64,000 nt of DNA, taken from Catajapyx aquilonaris. Its lineage: Eukaryota. Made by a program: the position numbers and the translations under genes. The notes beneath the pieces are model-generated. The model saw only the letters and a list, made by a program, of their open reading frames with translations. It was not told the origin of the DNA and made no database searches. The stretch is taken from positions 1-64,000 of the forward strand of contig JYFJ02001993.1 in assembly GCA_000934665.2 (NCBI GenBank). The letters are read 5' to 3'. Shown piece by piece: positions 1 to 13,300 of this stretch. Every line of letters begins with the position of its first letter. Within the stretch, counting starts at the first letter, position 1.

Positions 1-2249
1 AGGAAAGCGTAGTCGATGGTTAACGAGCGAGGTCAAAGTTATCCTGGCCAGACTGTAACCCGCATGGCGGGACAATACTTGATTCACTGATGATACCTTT
101 GTATGACAGTGATTGCCATATATTATTACTATGTGTGATTTTTTGACATCAATATATTATGTAATGATTGACCCTTTTTCTCACTATGGCAATTAATGTT
201 TGGTTATGCGGCCAGGGTATTGACAAGACATATCCTGCTGGTCAGCGCACTTGATTAGTGCGGGTTATTTTGGGCTAGTGTATAGCTTTCATTCTATATA
301 GGTTTCAAAACCTAACTGCATAATATTATATGCCTAATCGCACCACCACATGCAGAATAATCTTCTTCCTAACCACTATAAGCCTGATTACTTTTTGAAT
401 GTCATAAGCATGTGATTTTGAAGAAGGCTCGGAGTAATGACGTGATTTGCAAGGAGCAAATGGTGAAAATCTTTGGTGTCGGAAGCAAAAAGTATATTTC
501 CATCAAATTACAGGCAGGCGAAACCATTTGCAGTGCGATGAATCTGCATAATTCCCACATTTGGTTGCCGGGAAGAGTGGGAGGGACTGCCAGGGACTGG
601 GAGAAGATACTATATATAGAGAATGAAAAATCGGGAGAATGAAGAAATGGAGAACGAAGAAGAACTACACTCTTGAGATATTCCTCTTTTCCACCTTATT
701 TTATCGAGGATACACTGAGTCTACAGGATATTGGATTTCCTTTTCTTCTTTCCAACACTCCATACCCAGCATCCCTACTTTGTACAACTCAATGCCAGGC
801 AATTTTGACTCTCCGTATAAGATGCAAGCCGAGCACCTACGCGTATGTTGCAGAACTTACTCCCATTTAGCCGATCAACATCAAGCGCTGGTGCTGATCG
901 GGTTAGAAGTAAATGGCTTATTTCCATAGCAATTCAGTTGGTGGGTTGATTGGATAATTGCTAATGCCTCCCTTGCTTTGTACCCCTGCAGCCGGTACTG
1001 TACAGTGTACCATCTCCAATGTATGTTGCCTACATACTATAGCACAATAGCAGTATGTATAACGTAATGCGCAGGAGTATATAATCAGCGGGCTTTGTGT
1101 GCAAGGCTTGCCCCTGCCTGTATTTCATCTATAGATCCAACTTTCGGAAGTTGTATGAAACCAACTTGCATTTCCAAATAATCACGATTCGCTTTTAGAA
1201 AGCGAATAATATCAGACTCGAGTGTTCCAATATTTTGATATTCACGGTGCAGTGGTTTCTGCCCCGTTCTATTTTGATTCTCGGCATTTGGTACAAAAAT
1301 GGAAAGCACAGAAACATATTATCGTCGTCAGTGGCCTACACCACAAACTTCGGAGAGGAATTTCAGGTCGTCCAGGGCAACGGAGGAGAGACGAAGGAGG
1401 GAGAAAAAAAAGTATGACAACACCGATCGATTCTCGCGTCTAGAGACACATAACGCACGAACGTTAACATTTGCATCCTTCTGCCATTACAGCTTCTTCA
1501 AACTAGGGAGTGGGTAATTTCCCAGCATCATTAACCCTTCCTACTTAGTGAATGGATTAAATCTTGTCTATGGGATATATTAATTCCAGCGCGGGTTTAC
1601 AAGTTCCTGCCGAATAATTTGGCGTGGAACGAGTTTAGCCCCCTTCCGATGAGATAGCTTGGTAGCCATTTTGCGCCTGTAACTAATAATTTGAAACGCG
1701 ACATTAGCGTTTTAAAAAATGTGTCACCCCGCTCATGTTATACAGCCGGAACTAGTCAATAACGCGGGGCACGTACGTCACAATAATTTGCGAATATTTG
1801 CAGTTATTAAACAGTGTAGGTTCTCCATCCAGTGTTTGCGAGATTAACTAGGCGTTATGATTGCTATTTATCTGATGTTTCATGCACAGCTCGTAATCAT
1901 AGCAAACTGGTAAATGAACTGTTACAGGGTATGATGTAATAGCGTTGACCAACTTGGTCATTATGGTTTGCATGTTACTTTGAATAAGCCCCTCGTTTAA
2001 TGCCCCCACTCTCGAAACCTCATTAAAGTTTAATTCTGGCATTTCAATTAATTTAAATTCATATGTGTGACATTGCATTTGCGGATTTGTACGGAAATGA
2101 CCATGCTCAAATATTGATATCACTTTGAAGTGTAATTATCCGACAAACACCTGCTCTTTATGTCGAACCTAGAACATTTGCGAAAGATTCGCAATAGATC
2201 GCATACCCATCTCTTTCATTTCACTCCCAGCAATACCTCTAATTCATTC

Positions 2250-2659
2250 TCTCCGCCACCACTGCTCCCCTTCCCCCGCCTCTCCCCATCCTCCCTTCCC
2301 TCCCACTCCTCCCATGCCCCCCTCCATTTGGAAGAGCATCGCCCCGCCCGGCATCTGCGCCGCCATCATTCCCAGCCTCCAATCCAGCCAGTGTAGCTGG
2401 CTCTCTCCCGACCGGAGAGGGTCATGCACATATTTACCGACCCGTGACCCCGGTCGAAAAGCGTTTGTTTGCAGTGCTGTGTCAATAAGCGGGGGCCCCC
2501 CATCCCCGCTGCCCCCCTCTACAGGTGAACTGGGGCTAGGGGGGTGCCGGGATTCTGCACTTTTTTTTTCAAAAATTGGTCACGGTGTATATGAAACTTC
2601 GTGACCTCAGCGGGGCTTAGTGAGGTGATTGACCTCGGGTCAGGAGGAAGAAGGTAAGT
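2250..2659 (+). promoter_or_regulatory. Candidate GC/CpG-rich promoter and non-coding first exon ending at the donor AAG|gtaagt (2653/2654)
   Basis: C-rich tract 2250-2350 and a GC-rich island in an AT-rich background, ending in a perfect consensus 5' splice site followed by AT-rich sequence. Confidence 0.4.
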
Positions 2660-3849
2660 TGTTCTGAGATTGGTGTTGTGATGAATGATGCATTTCACAT
2701 ATTGTGTAAATTGCGGATTTAATAAGGACATTAATTTTGTACATATATTTTGTTAATTTACTGAAGTAAACGGTAGTAAAAATAACTGACATTTATATTT
2801 AATTCCAATGAAATATTTGAGAATAACAGCACTTCACACAAGGGCCGGTGGAAATCAATAATAAATTGAATGAACTAAAAATACGTGCTAAATATAAATA
2901 ACGTAGGAAGTATGGTAGGAAGCGTGTGCTTTTGCTGTAGTAATTTTCTGCATATGCATATTTAAATGAGCATGCCAACTATGGGTGGGGCTTGATGAAT
3001 TAAAACGAGAAGAGTGTGACGAAATGGTCGAAATTCACCCAGCATATTGCGGACCGTATAATTCGTTAGCGGTTTTGAAATTCGGTACAAGAAGTACTGT
3101 CATTATTGGGCTTATTGAGCGCATCTTATTCTGTGTAAATGATCCCCCTCTTTAATTATGTCAGGCTCCTTTTGTACTTTCGGGAAGATCTATAAAACAC
3201 TCTTTAAATGGGGAAAGGCTCCTGATAGCACGTGTATGTACCAAACATAAAAGCGCTGTTGTAATTGGAAACGAGTGGCGCTAGCACTTGAATTTTGGAT
3301 GAACACAGCGGCCTTGTCAGTGTTGAAGAGGGCGTGGTAATTAAATGGTTACCTCGCATTCTTTGGACCGACTCCCAATGAATCGGATATTTGTTTTTGG
3401 TCTGCATTGTAGTCCTGATATGATTGATGTAGTGAATGGACTCATTCTGGCGGTGTAACTTAGGACTGCTCTAAATGAAGGGCATTTCACACATTGCGGA
3501 GGTGAATATCGAAACTAAGCTGCATTAGACAAGTACGTGACAAATTGCTGTGTCCGTTGGAGGTGGTAGCCTGCTGTGCAGGTTAGTGTCCCTAAGAGTA
3601 AAAGAACAATAATAATCGGTGATGCCTTGTGATGAATGTTCGTACTGTAGAAACTTGTTTTAAAATAGTCTAGTGTGGATTACATTTTACGAAAATTATG
3701 TTCAAAATCAGTTAGGTAAATTTCTCATGGGAGTATAAGGGTTTCGCATCGACTATAGGAACAGCATAAAACTATAGATGGAAGTGACAAAAAGCAGGCA
3801 AAAAAATGGTTGAAGATAGGGTATCGCGTGAGAGACGTGAATGATGTCA

Positions 3850-4110
3850 CGAAAAGGCCAAGAAGATGTCAAAAAAGGCGACAGTTCCAAAGAAGCAAGA
3901 GGACAAGTAGAAAAAAGGGAAAGATTGAATCGATCGACATGTAATACGTAATACACGGAGGATTTATCCAAGGAAATGAGAGCAGCTGATGGCGATGCAG
4001 GTGGATGGATGGTCCACTGGTTGGACGTTGTTTGTAGGTGCCAGTGGGGATGAGACGAAAAAGGAATCGATACACGAGGCATCCATGCGTAGTCTGCCCA
4101 GCACTTTGAC
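3850..4110 (+). mobile_element. Possible 3' remnant of an RTE-like LINE
   Basis: Purine-rich; KRPRRCQKRR resembles KRPRGRPKKRW, and the end 'tctgcccagcact' resembles the AFAQQW terminus. Weak. Confidence 0.25.
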
Positions 4111-4859
4111 AATCGCGACTTCAAATGCTAAAACCATTTGGGAATGAATGGGAGCCTAGGTCCGGAATTTGAGGGATAACGCCGGAGCCATTGTTTCCTC
4201 TTACACTGAGTGAGCGGAGGGGACAGCGGAAGCATTCAGGAGACTCTATAAAATCCAGAGCCTCCGGGAAATGGACGCTATATAACCCAACTACGTTGCT
4301 GTTGGTGGTGCATGCTAAGCGAGGGAATTATCCAACGGAAGTTGAGGGTCAGTTGTGCTGTTTGTTTTCACTTTGAGGCTGCCGATGGATATTCTTTGGC
4401 GTCTCACTTGGGGGAGCTGGTATCTACAGGACAGTTACGTAACGAATGACGTGGGTGGCTCGATGAATTTGCTAATTTGATGAATGGGGCAATGGTATGT
4501 CTCCGAAACAAACTTGTCAGGAATCATCATGGAAAAGTTTGAAAGTGGAATTGCAGTAAACAATATACTCCATATAATTATGCAGCATCATCTGGAGAAG
4601 AGATGGAGAATGAGAGGGAAAGGATATTATTAAGAACCACAGGGTGGGCTGAGTGCAGCTTCCTGTAAATGTCAGTCCAAATTGAACTGAATTTTGCTTT
4701 CGGAAAGCTAAACTTTTTCTAGCCCCCTTCTGACCCATAATATAGATTTTCAATGGAGGAAGAAGATTAACCTGAGAAGTAACATGTTTCCGGGGCCAAC
4801 CTTTTTCCTGTCGAAGCCTGACTTTTCTGCCCGACATGCTTCAGTACACTACCACTGCA

Positions 4860-5550
4860 CTTGTTATTTTGATATAACTGAAAAAAAAGTCGAGAGACTT
4901 CGAACCCAACTTTAGTTTGGTTTGACAGCTCGTAGCACCAAGTATGAGTCTTTTGTGACTGAAATGGTGGCATAGTGTCCGAATATCCTTTCTGAAGTTG
5001 TTGGTGTGAATCCAGCCGTCGAGACAGCTTTTGTTTATGTGGCAATTGGCCAAGTTGGAAACCTGCACTGCCTAATGAATCATCCCATGGGGTTGTTTGT
5101 TTATGGTTAACCATCTGCGCCGAGGCCACTACTAAATTCACTCATTTTTTCACGCAATATTCCGGTTCAAGTGGCCATTTCCTCCTAAAACGCGTCTGAA
5201 TGTTTTATTTGTGTCACGTGAGATTTATGACAGGGTAATTAGAGCTCATGGCCTTCATTAGTGACAGCTTTACGCATGTGGACACTTTATCGTCGCAGGT
5301 TTCATCCAAAGGCCATCTTTTTACAAAATTTGAAAATTTGATGAGGACTGCCAAGCTTGGTCACATGTCAACAATAACTATATGGAATCCACAGACTATT
5401 TCCGTGAAAATATCGGGCGACAATTTCGGTGTAAGCTTAGAATGATGTAGGCTGACGAGACGAATATGAAGATTAGGCAGGAAGTCACCAGAGAAAATCC
5501 GGCTGCCGGCCAAAAGTTCGAGGACCTCAGTTTGATTTACATGTTTTCAA
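4860..5550 (-). mobile_element. Possible P-element/THAP9-like transposase remnant
   Basis: Minus-strand fragments in the expected order: ENM*IKL, CLDGWIHT, LCHHFS, YLVLRA, SLDFFFSYIK (like LNQDxLENFFSxIR). Confidence 0.3.
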
Positions 5551-7905
5551 CTCCTGTATTATAGCAAACAAGGTTATAGCCTGGGAACGTTGCTGTTTTT
5601 ATCGGCAAGAAGTAAAATGTTTCGATTACGATCAATATGAGCACAACTTTCATTTAACAAATGTGAGACTACATACGTTCCCTATACATTGTAGATGATG
5701 GTGGTAATCATGAATGCATTAGAAAACCAAATTACTTTCTAATTTTAGCAGCGCATTTATTCTAGAGAAGATGTCCTTGTAAGCATAACGACACTTTTGA
5801 CCAGAAAGTCGGATATACCCCATAAATTCTGGAGAATAAACGTCGCAGATAGGTCCGTTTGTGCGACGTGCAGAATACATGGGCACAGAAGATTCATTTG
5901 GAGGTTATTATAGTTAGAGACCATTGATAACTGTTAGCATTATGCACGAAATCGACTCCTGGTCCTCCCGTGCAGTTATTAGCGACAGGAGTTTTCTTGA
6001 TAGCCCACTTTAATTGCCACTGCTCGTGTAATGGATAATTCTATGTCCCATAAATTCCGTTGGGAGAGATTATTCATTCCAAATGAAGTTGGGCTGAAAA
6101 CGGCAACCCAGTGCCGATGCTCCTGAGACGGCACCAGCACATGGGCACAATTTGGCTCTCGCACAAAGGATTTTGTCAAGCGGAGGAACTCTGTACCGGT
6201 ATCTGGAAAACTTTTTCTCTTCCCCCCCCACACTTTTTTATTTCAAAATATAGTGTGCGGAAATCCGAACTCCTTTTACTTCTGGTTCGTGCTCATGCAG
6301 CGGTTAATCTAAAGGCCACTAATTAACATGAGTGCTAATCTGGGAGGCTTCTCATTCATTTTGTGCACTTCGAGGAAAGTCCGGATTAACCGGTAGGTAT
6401 TGAGGGACTGATAGACTTGGATCAGTAATGGCGGAAAGTGATTATCACTCAAGTGCATGTAAGGGATGTTTTTGTTTGCTCTATTCGGGAAGTCTTTTCG
6501 CTTGGTAACTCTTCAAGACGTCATTAGAGGATTGGCATGTTTACGAGCCAGACCGGACAAATAAGGGTGTTTCACGGCTGCTGGGTACAGTGAACTAAAC
6601 CACTGTTGGATGTACGATGCGAAGACCTTCAGCACTTTTATTGCCATTTAAGTGCGCAGATTCACAAAAATTATTTAAGCACTAATGTTAGTATCATTTC
6701 ACTGATATGGCACATTTATGAAGATATTTTTTCTCCAGTTTTTGTAATTATTCGAACGCTCTGATGATCATATATTTGAACATATATGAATAGTCTGTTA
6801 TTTACCCACAGTAAAATGGACCTGCTGGACGGTGAGAGTGTGACTGAAACAGTGCAGGATAAGCCTTTGAGCGTCGACAGAGCTGGAAAGTCCGGAAGTT
6901 TCCCTGGAGCTAATAGCCTTTTAATGGCCGTAATTAATGTAGCAAAGTTGGGCGGAATCTTGTGCCTTTCGGGAAGAAAAGGGGTTGAAAATACTCTTGC
7001 GTCCTCAATAGGAAGTACTTTGCGTTGAATAATCTGATGATGTACCGGTATATAAAACTTTGCAATTACTTGGCACATGCTTAATGTATGTGTAAACTAC
7101 ATGTCGATTCTAATTATTTTTCTCAAACATGCCTGTATTTTAGACACAAAAGCTGTGTTTGATTCTACTTAAAGTATTATAAGCAGCTATATCAAATGTG
7201 ATTTTTCAGTTCTGCCTAGAATTTTAACAATCCTTAATTTTTAGAAAGAAGTGAAGTTTCTTTTGATAATGCATTTTGAACGTGGTGCTTCTAATTAAGA
7301 CTAGGAATCATTCTCCAAAAGAAAAGTGAAAAATGGAACAGAACACCATTAATCACCGAGACTTTTCTTCGCCCTATGAAAGCTTTCAGACAGTCCTCAC
7401 TGGAAAGCTGAGTTTCGAGATAACTTCTCATTCTTGTTCCATGCATTATACAGTATAACAGTCTCCATTTATCAAGTTGACTTAGCAGCAATCTTACGAA
7501 TATGATTGCAGCACATGAAGTTGTATTCTCTCCAGAAAATACATATTTGCATGCCGTGAGCTAAGCATATCGATTTGTCTTATGCAAGTGTCAAGCTCGA
7601 TTGCCCAAGTGCGTGTCTAGGTGTGATATTTTGACAGGCACGAGAAAGCCCTGGGTTGACCTTCGTTAAATATTACAATAGTCCTTTTTTGAAACAAAAA
7701 ACGATATGGACGGGGGTAGAAATTATAACTAGAAAATGTCATTGACCGCCGTTAATTTTCTAAAGAATTAGCCTCCTTTTTGTCTTCACCGTGCCCTGCT
7801 TTTGTGTAATCAATGGACTATTTCAACATTTAGTGCCATCCTTTATGATGGATTATTCACTGCATCTCATTATCGAGCAAAAATACCGGGCGCAGGACAA
7901 ACACG

Positions 7906-7913
7906 TATATAAA
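7906..7913 (+). promoter_or_regulatory. TATA box (TATATAAA) of the IR gene
   Basis: Consensus TATA about 45 nt upstream of ATG 7951, predicting a TSS near 7935-7940. This favours 7951 over 7936 as the start codon. Confidence 0.5.
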
Positions 7914-7950
7914 GACTGGGAGCGTGCCTGCCATTATGACACTCTTTACA

Positions 7951-9798
7951 ATGTGGACCGCATGGGCAGTGCTGCCTATGCTGGTGACCGGGGTCAGCGA
8001 GGCTCCGGAGGTCACAAAGATGGCAGACATATGCTACAGCCAATCAGTGCAGAGGATGTTCCTGGAATTAGCTTTGGATTACGTGCAAGGTCGGAGTTTA
8101 ACTGTACTTTTCGACCCATGTGATGGACACATGTCCAGATTGCTCGGGTCACATGGGGTTATGATCCTCGACATACCGGGTCATCGCGGCAGACCCGCGG
8201 AGTGGTTGACCTCCGGAGGAGTGCTGTGGCTGTTTCAAGCAGAACACACTCTCAGGCAGACAGCAGAGAGCTTGGATTTCCTTCTCACCAACAATAGTCA
8301 AGTGGTTCACTCTAGATACATTGTGGTCGTGTTGACTCCAGGAAAATCGCTGCGAAAAGACGTGTTTTCGATATTGGCCAAACGCAACCTGACCGACGTG
8401 CTACTGGTCACGCCATCGATCTTGGACCCAGACTGGTTAACAGCGTTCAACTACGAGTCAGTGTCGGACACGGAAGAATTACGGGTAAAAACCATTGACA
8501 CTTGGTGCGGAGATGAATTTTTTAACAGGACAGACCTGTTTCCAGACAGATTCAGTTCGTTGAACGGCATGACATGGAGAGCCGCCACGTTCCACTACCC
8601 ACCGTACAATTTCAAAGGGTATGACAACACCGGACGGGTTCGGTACGATGGTCACAGCAGCCGTGTCCTCCGTGTGATCCTCGAAAGCATGAACTGTAGC
8701 ATGGTGGATGTCGAGCCAACCGATAATGGACGTTGGGGAAGGCTTTTAGACAATGGGAGTTACGATGGTCTCAAGGGTATGCTGACCCGTGGAGAAGCTG
8801 ACGTAATCGTGTCGTACATGTGGTTGAACGAGGTCGACACGGGCGCGGGTGACCCTACCGTGTACTACGACAACGACATGATCATTTGTGCCGTGCCTTT
8901 TCCTAATGCTAGGCCACCCTGGGCCGCCCTTGTTCGACCTTTTCCTCCAGAAGTATGGACTGTACTGTTGCTATCAATTGGTGTTGTTACTCTTTTACTC
9001 TGGTTTGGATCCAAGTCGACCATATTTTTATCGCCGTTGCGTCAGTGCTTTGTGATAATTGTTGCGCCATTGTTGGAGCGTGATGTTCGTAAGTTTCCTC
9101 TTTCTAACTCGGGCAGGATTTTTGTATCCTTTTGGCTCCTGTACGCTGTTGTCATAATCACAGCGTACCGATCAGCCATGGTGTCGATGCTGAGCACACC
9201 CCGATACTTACCACCAATCGACACAATGGAAGAACTAGCCCATTCCAGCCTGATATTGGGAGGTGAAGCTGACCTTAGGTCATTATTGCAAGACTTTCCA
9301 GAACCGCACTACATCCGAATTTACAACCGGTTTCAAGACTGGAGCGACATTAACGAGACATTAACGAGATTGATACTGCACCGCAACGTGGCGACGTTTT
9401 CGGACAAGACTCAACTGGAATACGAACTGCTAAACCGCACGCCCGTTGGGGAAATGCCTGTGTTTCATCTAACAAACGAACGACTGATGACCGTTGATAT
9501 TGTGATGTACGTGCCATTTGGATTTAAGTACTTGCCTTTGCTGAATGAGAAAATTCGGTGGGTTGTTCAGGCCGGTTTATCCGGAAGGTTGAAGGATGGT
9601 GTTTTGGAGAATGCTGGACTTAATCCTGCCAGGTCAAGGGCCAGGCCACCCAAGTATCCCAAGCCTTTCACGCTTAAGATGGTGGAAGGATCATTTTACT
9701 TGCTAATTATTGGACTTACTTTGTCTCTTATTCTCTTCGCGTGTGAGCGGGTATATTACAAAATGTGTCATAAACACAAGTGTCAGTTCGTGCCGTAA
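7951..9798 (+). CDS. Divergent chemosensory Ionotropic Receptor (variant iGluR), intronless, about 615 aa
   Basis: Single ORF (track 7924-9798). It has a signal-peptide-like MWTAWAVLPMLVTG, 'LFPDRFSSLNG', S1 'HYPPY...WGRLLDNGSYDGLKGMLTRGEADV', M1 'LVRPFPPEVW', M3 'RIFVSFWLLYAVVIITAYRSAMVSML', 'PIDTMEEL', 'LNEKIRWVVQAGL' and M4 'GSFYLLIIG'. Start is ATG 7951 (acaATG) or ATG 7936. Confidence 0.92.
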   Translation: MWTAWAVLPMLVTGVSEAPEVTKMADICYSQSVQRMFLELALDYVQGRSLTVLFDPCDGHMSRLLGSHGVMILDIPGHRGRPAEWLTSGGVLWLFQAEHTLRQTAESLDFLLTNNSQVVHSRYIVVVLTPGKSLRKDVFSILAKRNLTDVLLVTPSILDPDWLTAFNYESVSDTEELRVKTIDTWCGDEFFNRTDLFPDRFSSLNGMTWRAATFHYPPYNFKGYDNTGRVRYDGHSSRVLRVILESMNCSMVDVEPTDNGRWGRLLDNGSYDGLKGMLTRGEADVIVSYMWLNEVDTGAGDPTVYYDNDMIICAVPFPNARPPWAALVRPFPPEVWTVLLLSIGVVTLLLWFGSKSTIFLSPLRQCFVIIVAPLLERDVRKFPLSNSGRIFVSFWLLYAVVIITAYRSAMVSMLSTPRYLPPIDTMEELAHSSLILGGEADLRSLLQDFPEPHYIRIYNRFQDWSDINETLTRLILHRNVATFSDKTQLEYELLNRTPVGEMPVFHLTNERLMTVDIVMYVPFGFKYLPLLNEKIRWVVQAGLSGRLKDGVLENAGLNPARSRARPPKYPKPFTLKMVEGSFYLLIIGLTLSLILFACERVYYKMCHKHKCQFVP

Positions 9799-9999
9799 TG
9801 TTACCTATACAGTGTTAGTGTGATGTGACTTATTTGGCCTCGGTGGTCCACCTATGCGTGACTTGTACTGTACGTAATACGTGTTCGTGACATTCTATAG
9901 TATTTGGTTAAAAATTAATTATATTTGCCCATTTTAGGCAGGGTCTCTGTAACATTATTATACTCGAGCGTACAGTATACAAGTATTTGATGAACCTCT

Positions 10000-10005
10000 A
10001 ATAAA
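10000..10005 (+). promoter_or_regulatory. Candidate polyadenylation signal (AATAAA) of the IR gene
   Basis: AATAAA about 200 nt after the IR stop codon. Confidence 0.4.
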
Positions 10006-12399
10006 AAAAATTCGCCCACGCTCGAACTAATCCATTTGCCGCACCTATCGTCGCAATACGACATATTCACAGAATTGGCCTGTGCTACTCGTATTTCGTA
10101 ATTGCATTGCGTGGAAATCCCATGGTAATTATTGAGGAGGCACAGTATCTCTGAAGGCAAATTATGCAAGGCTAGTATTGATGATGTCAGTAAGATTGCT
10201 TCACAGTGTTAAAGCAGTAGATTGTAGGCAATAATACAACTTCTTAACTCCAGTTATTATGATGTTAATTCTCATAAATTATTATATGTACATGAAAGCC
10301 GGAAAACACAAATCCATCTTGGGTACAGAGTAAGAGTGTTACCATGAGTTTTACATCCTCAAATGGTACAGTATCACCGAGTCTGATTTATATTATAGCC
10401 TGCGTGATATTCCTATTCGTGCTGCGGAAGTTTCTTAATGCATTTTCTACTTTTATAGACTGTTAATTCACATGACCATATTTATGCTGATTATTAAACT
10501 CCTGAAAGTTATACGCTTCGTGCCTATAAATTACAAAATTAGGTGCCGTAAAAAAATCTATACATAGCAACCCTCCTGAAAAATACATACAGTAAGTTAT
10601 ATGAACACATCCACAGGGTTGCCAAAATTTCTTAACTGAGACTATCGATTCAGCTAAGGAAGTTCTCCTTAACCAATATTGGAATGCAATGAACGAATAA
10701 AAATCCCGTGTTTATGATCCAGTGGGCACCTGCTCTAAGCCGCTGTGGCTATCCTCAAAGGGCATTCTGGTCACTTCTGCAAGGAGAAAGTGCAGATGCT
10801 GTGTCGTATAGGAACGTTTAAAGGTCCATTTCCTGCATGGCATTTTCTCATAAAGTAACGTTTTTTACTATTTAATTAATGCTAATTATCTCATGCACAT
10901 AGCTGTGGTCACCTCTAAATAAAATGCTCCCCTGGTGGCCAGGTACGTGTCTTAGCAGTTTGTCAGAATGGTTATGATTATGAACAATCATGTGTACAAT
11001 AATTTGTAGTTAGAAGCTATATCCTTTCCGCATTCAGTTCAGATGAAGCCTAACGGGGTGCTAGTAGCCCTGATGGCGTTAACGTTTCACTTTAATGCCA
11101 AATCTCCGGTATAATTAATTCGCCTCTTATAATTACATTCAGGTTTAGGATATTCTCCTAGCAAATGCTGGACTTGCTTACGGTGAAGCACTGCTTGCCC
11201 TTTTAATTACACCTACACCCCTACCACCCCTCAAAATGTTGTAATTAGTTTTGGAATTGGAACTAAGCTGCAGGAAGGATGAAGCAAAATCTGGAACACC
11301 ACCAGTCGGGGGTATTAAAACCTGGACTTTGTTTGAATACAAGTCATCAGCATGACACTTCTCGTCGGGCCTATTTAATAACGCGAAAGGCCAATGAGGA
11401 CCGTTCAAAATCAGTGTCACCTTATGACATATTAAACCCAGAAGCCTGGCACCTATTCAGGCGGACCCCCAAAGGCCACTACCTGTCTCTAAAGGAGAGA
11501 AAATAATTGTACTTAGAGCACTGCAGTGCCCAGGTCCGCCACCCGATGGCATCACAAATTTTCGTTCCAAATTGTTGGTTTCCCTTTCCCGCACCGTAAT
11601 GGAGTTTAGGAAGGCGGCTAAATTAGCTATACCCCCCCAAGTTTGGTAGAGAGGGTTTGAGAAGATGTGTACTTTTTTTGGTGGGGGGGGGGGCGGTGTT
11701 TGTGTCTGATGGAACCGTCTGCCAGGCTCAATTACTAACGGCCATGCCTCGGCAGTGCAGCAGACGCGCCGGATTTTGGATCAGCCCCCTTTGCAATATG
11801 GCCAGCTCGCGATAGGATATAGTCTACATAGGTTTCCATTACGTATTGTCTGCTCGCGTTATTAAAGTGTGGAGCAGATAGGACTCACTGCAGGTCTGCG
11901 TCTGATTGGAAGCTGAAGTCGATTGAAGTAATACTGCTGCTGGGAATGACCTTTCAGTACATGGCGACGCTTCACTGTTGACGTAAATTATGTGGCAATC
12001 GTTGAAAATAATAGCTAATATTTTGAGGATATTTTACATAATTGTGGCTGGAAATATCTATGTACATCAGTATATGTCTGGAAGGTAATGTTTGTAGGTG
12101 CATTAGGAGAGAAAAATGGGCAGAGTTCGAATATATGCCTCCCTCGTAAGCGAAAGTTATTTATGAGCCTCCCTGCTGCACTCCTGTTCGACCAAGAGGA
12201 GCGTGGAAGCCGTTTGTAAATTTTGCAAGCCCACTTACTAAGTCCTGGGAGTTACGGGTCCTTCGGCATCTCACCTTTGGATGGGGGTGTTAATATTTAT
12301 AGGCCATGTCCGGAGCCAAATCCGTCGTGGAATTGGTTGCTTATGTTGTGCTGGGGCTTTGTGCGATGTTTAACGATTCGATAACGTGACTTAAGTGAG

Positions 12400-13300
12400 C
12401 AACGAACCCATATATAAAGCTGTCTTATAGCTTGCTAACATTAATACCTCCTTCCCTTGTTCTTAATATTGTAATATGCATGTGCATTCCAATAATACGG
12501 ACAGGAAGAAACACTTTTATGGCCACTACTAATATCGTGCATTGTGATGGGCATTGAACTTTTTTAGTGACCACACCTTATACACGTGCCAGTTCGCATG
12601 ATGGGGACAGATTTCTCCCTATACAATATGGAACAATGTGAAGCCATATACGAGTAAGGTCGCGATGTCAATGTTCGAACCGGATGAATCTCCAAATGGT
12701 CCTAGATCATCAATAGAATAGGTTTTAGGTCTCACCTCAGGGTCGGTGTTTTGCAACCGAATTTGGGCGTGTAAAGTGCACATCAGTCGAGTTGTTTGCA
12801 CTAATGCATTTTCTCCCTTCTAGGTGAAAGGACTCGGGGTCTATTGTCGACAGGAATCATTTCCTGCAAGTGGTTTTGGGAGACGAGAGAGGGTAAAGGC
12901 GGCTTCGTCCTCATTCTCATTAACATCTTATTGACAAAGGTTGCGAAGCGTAGGTTTACAAGGGTGTCTCTAGCGGCAATCTGAATAGGAAAGCCAGGAA
13001 AGTGCGGTTCTGTTGCAGGGCAATAGTCTGAGATTAAAGTGGGGTTGAAATCACGAGAGGTCTGAATCAACACTGTCAGTTGGAATAAAGTTGCATCTGT
13101 GAACCTATAGCAAGAGATGGAAAAAAACGAGAAGCTATTTTTGTAGAAGCGTGCGTAAAGCCTGATGAAAACGAAAACTGAAGTAATTTTTGCATAACGA
13201 GATGATGTGGGTTGTGCTGGAAAAAGTGGGGGTTTTGTAGCGAGCGTAGAGGACCATTAATAAAGGGGGACAAGGGGAAGAAAGTGCAGAGGAATGGACT
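12400..13300 (-). mobile_element. Possible decayed non-LTR retrotransposon (ORF1 pre-zinc-knuckle / APE remnant)
   Basis: Minus strand PFINGPLR(frameshift)YK at 13244-13267 (like PYIPNPLRCYK), then FNAHH at 12544-12558 (like GDFNAHH); strong purine/pyrimidine strand skew. Confidence 0.3.
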
